DNA of 64,000 bases from Marsupella aquatica (taxonomy: Eukaryota; Plantae; Marchantiophyta): the NCBI GenBank assembly GCA_973895155.1, contig OZ316897.1, forward strand, positions 3,876,211 to 3,940,210, written 5' to 3'. The notes beneath the pieces were generated by a model. The model did no database searches and had not been told where the DNA came from. It saw only the letters and a list, made by a program, of their open reading frames with translations. Position numbers and translations under genes: made by a program. This document shows positions 53,960 to 64,000 of the stretch, one piece after another. Every line of letters starts with the position of its first letter. Position 1 is the stretch's first letter.

Positions 53960-55329
53960 ATTGTTTAGCTATATATTCATGGCAAATTTTTTTTCATTAG
54001 ATTATATATTCTGTGATTTTTATGTACATCTGGACTTGTGTGCAGGCATTGTAAAATAATGTCTACGTTACAAACATGTTTCATTTGATGAAACACTGAC
54101 AAGGAAAGAGATCGAGCATGAAATTACTGAAATGTCATACAAGAGGAGTAGCAACAGATCAGTTGAGACAGATGCATCATTCATTAAAAGTACCTATGGA
54201 CATTTTGGTCAATTTGACAGCAAACCAGGCAGGGAAAGTCATTGCTTGAATGAACAACGAACGAGATGTACACCCGGATGCAGGTGGATTACAAGATATT
54301 CCTAAACGTTCTTTGTTTGATGATGGTGCTATGTACTTCTAACTTTCCTGGAAGTATTAAGATAGAAGGATCTCCAGGACAACATAAATGTACATAGAAT
54401 GTCACATACATTTTAACTACATGTAGTGTTAAGTGGATGCTATCAAAAGCGTGGGACTATTTTCTACTTTAAGTTATGGAGATTAGCACACAAAAACCAT
54501 TTCACCACGCTAGCTATATTGTACTACTTTTTAAGTACATGACTGATTCAATGACAGAAAAAGTAATTGACTGAGTGACAATCTACAATTACTGCATTTT
54601 GAGTAGTATTGTGAATTTGATTGGATTGTTAATCTAAATGTGTTTCAGGTGAAGAATCTGCTTGCAATTCATGTGACGGTAGTGTTATGACTATTTACAG
54701 CATGAATACTAGTACTCAAATTGAATGCATAGACAATCCAAGAATTCATCGTAGTGGGCTAGTCAACGGAGGTTGTGAAGGAAAAGCTATGGATCAATGG
54801 AAATATGATTGGTTGCTGAAAATGATTTTCAAGCCAACATTCCAGGAAGAGGAGGCTCGTATGGAACTTTTGGAAGAGCTTTAATTGGGACATTTATCAA
54901 ATAGTTGAGAACAGAAGTTGTCCAAAATGTAGTACAAAATAGACACAATTTTTTTTTATAAATATTTTGTAAGGATCTAGAGTTAGAGGAATAGCATTGC
55001 AATGTTAAGTTTTGATGATCACTGTACTAGAGACTACAAATAAATCATGTTTGAAAGATTTACAAGTGGATGTACTTATATTGTTCTACTATTAGATATA
55101 CACACACAAATTCTCAATATTATCTTCAAAGCATTTAGTTTGAGTACTAGGCTTGGTTACAAAAGCTAGAAACAAGTCATAGCAAATGCGATGATACTTG
55201 TGGTCAGCTAAAAGAATGATCTGAGATGAGAATATATAAGTTCAAATTCAAATCAAAGTGAAAGTTAAGTTGATGTACTAACAAATCTAAGTATTTCTAT
55301 GATTCCTTTGTAACAATCTATCCAGTTTT

Positions 55330-56650
55330 TTATTTGTCATAAAGAGCACCTACATAAGCGGCATTACTAGTTGAGCTCTTGTGTGTTGTGCCATGTACAA
55401 TATCACTACGGAAAGCAAATAGGTTGCCATCTTCAATTCCCAGACGCATTCCATATTCGGGAATTACAAAATCAATTGTTGAAATTGTTGAATCTGGATG
55501 ACTAGCGTAGTTACATAATGTACGTAAACTCTGCCGTGTCTTCATCTTTGTGCATTTTGGTGCAGAAATCTTTGCTGATGTAAAGTTGATAAGAGCTTGG
55601 CCCTTTAGTTTCCAACTCCTTATCAAAAAATGACATATTTTGGTCTCCAGGAGCAAGATATGGGTGCGAGTAGTTGAAATAACCTTCCAACATTGTAGGG
55701 CACCACCACATATAGAGAGCCATTGAAACGATGTTGACAAGCTCAATATGAGAGTACTTATCAACTAAATCCTCAAAGCGGAAGTTATGGATTGTGCACA
55801 ATCTGTTAAGAGATGCTTGATTTTTGTCTTGTGAGTATAAAAAGATACTCTTTTGGACAAGTTGTATGGGTTATCAAAAGGACCAAATCCTGTTATGTAA
55901 CTCTTGAACGATGCTTTGTTTTTTCCTCTTTTAATCTCGTAATGTGATCGAATCAAATAAGGAAACTAATAAACTTTGAATGAAACCCATAGTTTAACTT
56001 GATAGTTTTTAATGTCTTACAACCATTGCTATAAGATAAGGCTTGGATCCTGACCTATCATAAAAATATGTATAGTTATGGGTTTTCTCCATAACCACAA
56101 AATCATTAGGGAAATCCCTAAATATAAAACCACCATTAGAAGAGGAAGAACTAGGCTTCTTACCATTCCATGCACCCTTTGTAATGTGCAACATGAGAGG
56201 AAGAGATATGATGGACAGTTAATTCTGCTTTAGAAGTTTTCTCGTAGTTTGAAGTTTTCTTTGAGTATAGTAAGAAAACATTCCAACGAATTGATGTATG
56301 GGTTTTGGTACGTTCAGCCTACATTGATGATTGGAAAAAAATTCATCAATTTCTTTCCATGTATTGATTGGAATAGAACATGGAAGCTTCATTTTGTCTT
56401 TCCTTGCAATTTATATACCCATTCCAAAGTATGGCTTTGGAAAACTTTGAGGATCTATTGAACGTAAATTGAGTACTTTTGTAACAAAAAGTACAAGAAC
56501 TTTTTTGTCTCTAAGAATCCAAGAAAGTGCAAACCTTTCTTTGCCAAGGTGCAATCTGCTCAAGTATACCCACATTTGAACAAATAAATCAACAGAGAAA
56601 TCATCTCCCATTTATTTTCAACCAGGTGAGTTTTTTTTTGTTTGACCATC
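55330..56650 (-). pseudogene. TET/JBP-family 2OG-Fe(II) dioxygenase, frameshifted
   Basis: Reassembled across frames: HYEIKRG...YITGFGP...LYMWWCPTMLEGY...YQLYISKDFCTKMHKDEDTAEFTY (HxD at ~55544-55552)...DFVIPEYGMRLGIEDGNLFAFRSDIVHGT (distal His at ~55393). Confidence 0.72.
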
Positions 56651-56689
56651 TGCAAGAAAATGAAAATTATTAGGTTGGTAAAGTTAGAA

Positions 56690-57410
56690 CTGGGTCAAAC
56701 AGGACATCGACTCTTACGGACATGTGTACTATAATGCCTTAATTTGTAACTTAAAAAAAAATTCAACATATATTTTTAGGTTTGTAAAGTTACACTATGG
56801 GTCAAACAGTACACCGACCCTTTCAGATGTATGTACCATTCACCTTAATTTGTAATTTTCATAGTTTTTTCAAGCATATATTTTTGAGTTTGTAGACTCA
56901 GGGGTTTCACTTTCACAAAAATGGCATATCACGTGCGACGAAGGATAGGGTCATTTTATTGGTTGTAAGGGAAGACTTAAGAATTTTTGTAGAAGAACAA
57001 TAGGGTCTTTTAAATTCAATTTTGAGACTTATAAGAACAATAGAGCCTTTTTAATCCAATTTTTGGAATATTCCAAGAATATTCCAACTTTATAGGGGTT
57101 AAAAAATAATATTTTTTCTTACATTTTAGGGGGTCCAAGGCCTAAAAACGTCGCAGGTGATGGGGAGGTCCCCATGTAGTGAGACCCCCGAGTTTGTAGA
57201 GTTACAACTAGGGTCAAACAGTAGACCGACCCTTTCGGATATGTGTACCAGAATGCCTGAATTTGTAACTTTTCATAGTTTTTTCAAGCTTGTATTTTTG
57301 ACTTTGTAAAGTTACAACTGGATTCAAACAATACACCAACCCTTTCGGATGTGTGTACCAGAATGCCTTAATTTGTAACTAAGTTTTAGAATTTTTTCAA
57401 ACATGTATTT
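56690..57410. repeat. ~107-110-bp diverged tandem repeat (4 units, interrupted by MITE copy 2); a further copy at ~60826-60885
   Basis: Core gggtcaaacagtacaccgaccctttcggatgtgtgtaccagaatgccttaatttgtaac at ~56692, 56799, 57211, 57320 and 60826. Confidence 0.85.
56897..57192. mobile_element. MITE copy 2 (TIR ctcaggggtttcact / agtgagacccccgag; perfect 8-bp TSD tttgtaga)
   Basis: TSD at 56889-56896 and 57193-57200. Removing it restores the surrounding repeat unit. Confidence 0.85.
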
Positions 57411-60400
57411 TGTTATTTCATGGACAAGACTTCCATCTCCAATGGGGGCTTGACATGATATATACTTACTTTCTTGACGCTGCTTGTATAAAGGCCGGAG
57501 AACACTAAACGTGCGTCGTACAAAGCGAAAGGTCTATAAGTTGCTTTCATAAAGTTCCAAGTCAAGGTTTTCCACAATCTGCAACTGAATAACACGTGAA
57601 ACTTAGAAACATCTAATTAACACCATGGGCCCTCACTCTATGTATACTAAGTGTACGCCCTGCGCCCGGACCCCCCCTTGCCTACCCCTTCTTAGTATTT
57701 TTTTCTTTCATATACATTACCCTTGTTCCATGTAAAAGATTAGTTTTTGATAATTTTTTATACCCTTAGGTGCCTTATAAAACTGATAAAATTTATATTT
57801 GAAAACACATAATTGTGGAATTATAATAAGGAAAACCCAAGATAGGGCTAACATACAAGATCCAATTGGAGATACACAAATTTTCTGGACAAAAATGATG
57901 CATACAGCACCCTAGTGGGGCATACAATCACTCACACAGTTTAGATATGTTTTACCAGTTTTACTAAACTAGTATAGGCAAGACTACAAACAAGACATGG
58001 ATTGGTAGGCAATAGGTGGGCAGTGGCAACATCCCCACAAGCATGGGCATTGTCTGCACTGAGTGTGCACTCTACATTGGAGAGACTATTACAAATGGGA
58101 TTACAAACCAGATAATCAAACTAAGATATGGGTCTAGGTACTAATAGAGTGACTCACTTGGGACACTATGTTCCAATGATTGAGACCTTGCCACATGGCC
58201 CCTTATACAATGACGCGTGTCACATACATTATAGGACCCATTCGGCTGAGTTAATATGCCACGGTTTTGGAAATACCCTTCTCCCTTATAAACCCAAATT
58301 TGTATAAAGTTGCGGGTTGGTTGGTTCTAATTGATTTATAATTATTAGCCAGAAATGGATTAAAAATACCCTTCAAGCGGGCGCACGTGTTTCCGGGATT
58401 ACGTAAGCTGAGGGCCCAGGGAATTAACATCTAGATCATGTTTCCATCTAGACAAACATCTAATTAACATCCTTACCCTAAATAATCTCAAACAGCAAAA
58501 GTGAAAAGAAATTGAATGTCAATTCTAGTCGGGATTATCCTGTGAACAAACAATGGCAAATTGGAATCTTCCCTAGCTGAGAACCCTTCTTCAAAGCCGT
58601 AGTCATTCTATTGTTGACCTCAGGAAACCTTGTCCACCCCTTGTAAATTGGGAAGGACTAGAATCCTTTTGGTGGAGAGATTGGAGATCCTTTTTGCCCC
58701 CCTCAAGCTTGCAATTGACCAACTGCAAGATAAAGCATCGCCTGACTGATACACATGCAAATACCTGTCCTATAGGTGTACGCCAGCCCTTAGCTTCAAC
58801 CACATTCTATTGTCGTCCCCTAGTGCAGCTACCTGTTACATAGGTGTATGCCAAATCTTAGCTCAACCACAATTTGTTGTCTTCCCCTAGTGTAGTTGCG
58901 ATATTCTTTGAGCTAGTCTCATTTATGTTTATGATTCCCCCTCCCCTTTTGACTTTCTCATCAAAAGAGACCCAGCCTGCATTCAAAAATGCATAACAGT
59001 GGGGAAATTGTCAGACCTTAGATAGCATCACCAATTTGGGAGTTCATTGATGTTGCTAATGAGACTGTACATCAAGACTCTAAGAATGTTGATGATGGGC
59101 ATCAGATAAACGTCGCACGATTGGGGGCATGTACAAGCTGGGAATTGTATCTCATCAAGACATTGGAGTCCTATTGGTATTTGTTTTCAACAATGCGGAT
59201 ACATACAGAGCTAATTGCAGCAAATGAATGTGGATACTTACAGAGCTGTAAAAGCTTGACAATGCTTTTGATGTAGAGTTTGCATGTGGAGCCTCCCAAG
59301 ATAATGCCATTGTCGTCGTACCCACCACAGTGGCCATTCAGGAAGTTGCTACAAATATTGGGCTGTAGATGAGCTCGATAGATTTCTGTGCTACGACTAG
59401 TGAGTTCTAGATGCACCCAGAACTGGTTGTTGGGGAGTGTCATCAAATGCTAGTCCGATAGCTCCCATAGTACTTGAAGCTGACGATGATGGTAGTGAAG
59501 TTGACTGGAAGGAGGGGCATTCTTGTCATTAGCAACGTCAAGGGTGTTCATTTGAAGCTTACAAATTGTATGTACATGGAGCCAGGACCAGATGTTATCA
59601 ATGTTCTACACTCTCTCGATAGTGAAGGCAGGCAGCCAATCTTCACTTTGATTTCTATATTGTGGGGTGGGGTGCTGTCAGTGGCACATTTCAGTGACAT
59701 GTGGGAAGTGCTTCATTATCTTATTCACATAACAAAGGTGGGACGGTGAAAAGCCAAGTTTCAAGCCCTTGGCACCCTTCAAACTTGTCATTTTCTGCCC
59801 CCTAAGGACTGCCTAGCGAGGAAGAAAGCCTCACTTACTCATAACGTGACTATCCCTAAACATTGCTCTGTTTGTTTCCTTTGCAAGAACAAAAGGGAGC
59901 CGGCTATCCCTAAAAATTGCGGTGTTTTTTCTTTTGCAAAACCAAAGGGAGCAAGACATTGGGCCCAATATGAATAAGGAGAGTAGAGTCTAAGGAACAT
60001 ACTGTTGTGTCATCGAACTTGCAAGGCACCGAGGGACGGGGAACCTAGTTGGGCCCAAGATAGGGCACTCCTAAGGGGATGAGGTGGGGCGGGAGGTGGG
60101 GCCAATAATGCCTTGCAACATGTCAAATGACAAATGAGACTCAAGGCACCTCAGGTTACGCGGGTTAAAGCATTTGAAAAGGGGGTCAAAGTAAGAATAC
60201 AAAGGGGAGGGGATCGAGGGAAGAGGTTGATAATAACATTCAATCAGTTTGGGGAGCAGGTTAGTGGAAACGTTCTTCCAAAGCTCTTTTGTGGTTGAAT
60301 TGGATGGCAGTAGTAGGCTAGCAAAGATGGGAGAGCCCTCACACACAAATTAAGGACTGAGGTGAGCAATTGGATAGTACGGGTTTGTCTCAAATATTTT

Positions 60401-63141
60401 AACCAAGAAATGGTGGGTTGACAAAAACCCAACCATACCTTGACTTCTTTGTGCAGGCAAGCCTCTTGCAAATATTTAGAAAAATAGAATTACTATTTTG
60501 GAAGGGGGGCACAGTAGGCAAACAAAGCCCAAAATGTCAATCAAAGTGTAAAGCAAAAGTTGGAAGACAGTCTACAATATACCACACAGCCTGAGTGTAA
60601 ATTAACAATGAAATTAATTTGCTTACCTTTATGATTATGGCCATCGAAGAACTGTTGTCCGATCTTAACCCTAAATCAATACCAATAATCCCTCAAATGT
60701 TATTTGCACCCACAAAACAAGTAATGCCAATTTGTAGAGTCCACCTGATCATAGAAATGATAATTTTATTGATAACAGTTTAGGGTTTGTAATTTGATGT
60801 TAAGGTCACAATTGAGGTCAAATCCCGGTCAAACAATACACCGACCCTTGCGGATGTGTGTATCAGAATGCCTTAAGTTGTAACATTTTTGATCCATATT
60901 TTCTGAGAGGTGCAAGGGTATTCTCCTCATCTAGAACATTTATTTTCTTCCAACGTACTAATTTATGATTTATCCATTAATCATACCAGGAATACCTTGT
61001 GAGCACCAAGTCATATGGGAAAAATCAGATTTTGTTCAACAAAGATACATTGGACCACGCGCCCTCACATCTTCCTAGGCCCTAATTAATATCCTTGCCC
61101 AAAGCATGTAGCCAACAAAAATGGGTTCTTTCTTTTGGGGCCTCACCGTGAGAATAAGGGTATATTCTAGGGAAACATTACTACTTTAGAAATACTTTCG
61201 TTATCGTTAGAACCTGAAGCAAATGTGAGGGCAAGAATCCAATTGAAACTAGCCCTCAAATTTCCAAATTCAGACCAACAAAAGAAAGATTGTTCATTTG
61301 TGGTGTGGAGTGGCAATATGGAGATATCAATGTGGTAAAATTGATAAACTTTTAAACTTTTTGACATCATTTGGAGCTAATTCAAAGCAATCAGCCATCC
61401 TTGAACCTGTTGTGACCCTTAAAAGAAAGTTCTGGAAGAAGTTGAAGAAGATTGAGTTTTGACAGAATAATCGCTTTCAACGAAATATCGCTTTGGAAGA
61501 AAACCGGAAAAAAATCACTTTGGAGTTGAAGAATCACTTTGTGTTTTCTACAAAAACTTGGAATGACCATTGTGGATCGGCTTGATGTCGGATGAATGAG
61601 CTTTTAGGCTTGTTGGAAAGCAATTGGAAAGGGCTACATGAAGAATTTTGGAGCCAACAAAACCAAAGTAGTTGAAAATATCTCAAACCGATTCTCCGGG
61701 TTATTTTGGCACTTGTCTTTTAAATCGTTTTACACCTCTTCCCCTCATTCAAGATTTTACATTGGTTAAGTAGGAATAGGATACCAAGTGACTCATTTAG
61801 TCACCCTTAGGAATATAGATTTCAAAAGGTCTTAGTTATCTCACCTTTTTAAGTCCCCATGTTTAGATAGGAATAGATCTTAGTCCTTTAGGAATCTTTT
61901 GGCATCTCAGGCCATTAAGGGAGACTTTCTTATGGACTCCCAGGACTATTTTCAATGTCTTTTCTTTTGAATTGATTTTTGACCAAGTTGTGGGTCTTTC
62001 TCTCATGCCAAATTGGGCTTAGGAGAGAGAATCTAATGAAGGAGAATTGCACCATAATCTAAATTGAATCAAGCATTTCATGCACCAATTTATGCATTCA
62101 AGTTTTGGATGTTTGAATTAGAGGTAGAGAATAGAATTGAATGAATGAATAAGGTGAGTCTTTGAAATCTAGTAAATGAGGGAATTGTATTGACTCTTAC
62201 AACAAAAACCGATCACCATTGGTGTATAAAGAAGTTGGAGAGAAGAGAAAACATATTTATCTATTGAGAAGAAGGAGAGCCTAAGGAAATTCATTGTAGA
62301 ATTTGTGAAATAAAAATCATTTCAGGATTCTGTGTTACCAAAACAGTGAAGAAATTGCTTTAGGATTTCAAATCACATAAAACTAGAATAAATCGCTTGC
62401 CTTATTCCTACCGGGAACGAACTTTGGTATTTTTAAGCACTAGCCCCGACTACCCCTTCTTTGAACGTGAATAGCGGAGAGGACAATAAAAATATTATCA
62501 AAATATATTCTCTATTCATATTATTTGAAGGTTAATGAAATGATAAAAAACCTATCATTTTAATAAACATATATAATATATCATTCTCTTTCATGTGCAC
62601 ATCAATCTTTTTGTATGCACATCCATCTTCTATGCACATATGTTGTGGTGGGGCCATAGTGCCCATATTTTTTGAATATAAATACTTTAAAATTATCATA
62701 AAAACTTGCATGTACCAATTGACATACATCATAGTCATGTCACCAGTTTTTCCCATGCACATGATGACCATAGAGTTACGGTCTAGAGGCTTCACTCTAG
62801 ACCTAGGCTTTTACAAGTAGACTTCAATTGGCGCTTTTATAGTAAGATAATCATGTACATTCTATGTGATTACACTTACCACATGTGGTCCACTCTCAAA
62901 CAATATTTACACATATTCGGATAGGCAATCCATACACTCACATCACACAAAGCTTGTGAAGAAGTCTCCCCACAAATAGCTTTTGATCAGATGTAATCTT
63001 GTTAGCAAACATCTCTAATATTATCAGCAACCTCAGAAAATTGAGAAGCTCTGCAAAATACCAGCCAATATCCCACCACAAGCATTGCTAGTCAATTATC
63101 CAATCATAACCACCAAAGGTTCAGAACGAATCAATCCACAT

Positions 63142-63276
63142 TTGTCTCTCAACTCCCACACAAACAATAATGAAGTTAATAAACAATTGTCTCTCAACTC
63201 CCACACAAACAATAATGAAGTTAATAAACAATTGTCTCTCAACTCCCACACAAACAATAATGAAGTTAATAAACAA
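63142..63276. repeat. 45-bp tandem repeat x3
   Basis: ttgtctctcaactcccacacaaacaataatgaagttaataaacaa x3. Confidence 0.95.
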
Positions 63277-63518
63277 ATTCAAGATCAAGTCAGTCATATT
63301 TTCTCGATGGAGCAGGGCACACATCCATCATGATATGTTCAATCTACATCCATAGTTTTCAGACATTTGGAAGATTATTCATGGACATACCTTGATTTGC
63401 ATAGGAAGATGTTGAAACAAACTACACGTTAATCAAGATAGAAGAGTTTAGCCCTCATCAAGTGAATCATATACTTCTTTCCAATTCATATACTCTTTCC
63501 AATTCAATAACTGAAGTG

Positions 63519-64000
63519 AAAATACACACATACTTTTTACAGAAAAAGGCCAAATAGAGTACAAAAGAATAAACAAGAGAGGTCCCAAGTGGACAAAACC
63601 AAACACAAAAGAAGTGAGCAAAAGGAAACCCTAAAAACCAAGAAAGAGGAACTAAAAGAAGTGAGCAAAAGTAAACCCCTAAAAACCAAGAAAGAGGAAC
63701 TAAAACTACCGCAAATGGACCGAGGTCCTCATCATACCTAGCAAATGTGGCAACAAGCTAGTGGTCTACATCAAGTGTCGAAACTAGATCGGCAAGTGGG
63801 ACAGGAATGTCCTCTAGGGGGGCTAGCCGTTGCGGAGTCACACTAGCACCCACTGTCAGAGATCGACGATAGATGGCCCGAGCTTGAGCACGCTGTAAGG
63901 TGACTGAAATGCATTGGCAAAAGTGCGTGGTCAAAACAGATAGCGGGGGCCCGGTGGGACCCATCCGGCCGTGAACATCCCGAGAAGCTTGGCGAAGAAG
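63519..64000 (-). mobile_element. Second copy of the RLE non-LTR retrotransposon 3' end (continues beyond the window)
   Basis: MGPTGPPLSVLTTHF...LQRAQARAIYRRSL...LDVDH is nearly identical to the C-terminus at 28738, and the 3' UTR is shared. Confidence 0.85.

Noticed and set aside
36653-57192. LTR pair bounding a 20-kb retroelement
   Set aside because: No TG...CA ends, PBS or pol gene; each copy has its own TIR and TSD, so they are MITEs.
61408-62486. Possible solo LTR
   Set aside because: The composition is LTR-like, but I found no matching TSD or second copy in the window.

Overview
Eukaryotic land-plant genomic DNA with spliced GT-AG genes. A bryophyte, possibly a liverwort, is my inference from gene style and TE types. 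The left ~27 kb is gene space: the 5' part of COG3 (minus, runs off the window), a KH + RING (MEX3-like architecture) gene (plus) and a remorin gene (minus). The right ~37 kb is nested mobile DNA: two RLE-type (CRE-like) non-LTR retrotransposon 3' ends, two copies of a MITE with 8-bp TSDs, and a decayed Helitron Rep-Pif1 gene. That Helitron gene is split exactly by an 11.8-kb DNA transposon (41021-52848) with 24-bp TIRs and a 6-bp TSD (TCTGAA). The element encodes a Sola1-like DDD transposase, an F-box-like protein, small orphan ORFs and a spliced gene fusing a ParB/Srx-like domain to a prokaryotic-type beta-class amino-DNA methyltransferase (DIPY...QKP...DLCCxTGS). About 25 copies of a 14-bp palindrome (CGATAAATTTATCG) lie in its introns and intergenic spacers, and I found none elsewhere in the window. 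This ParB + palindrome + methylase transposon is the best candidate for an undescribed system. About 2.5 kb beyond its right end is a decayed TET/JBP-type 2OG-Fe(II) dioxygenase gene. The transposase and the ParB-methyltransferase carry stops and frameshifts in this copy. All family calls are by eye from motifs; no database searches were run.
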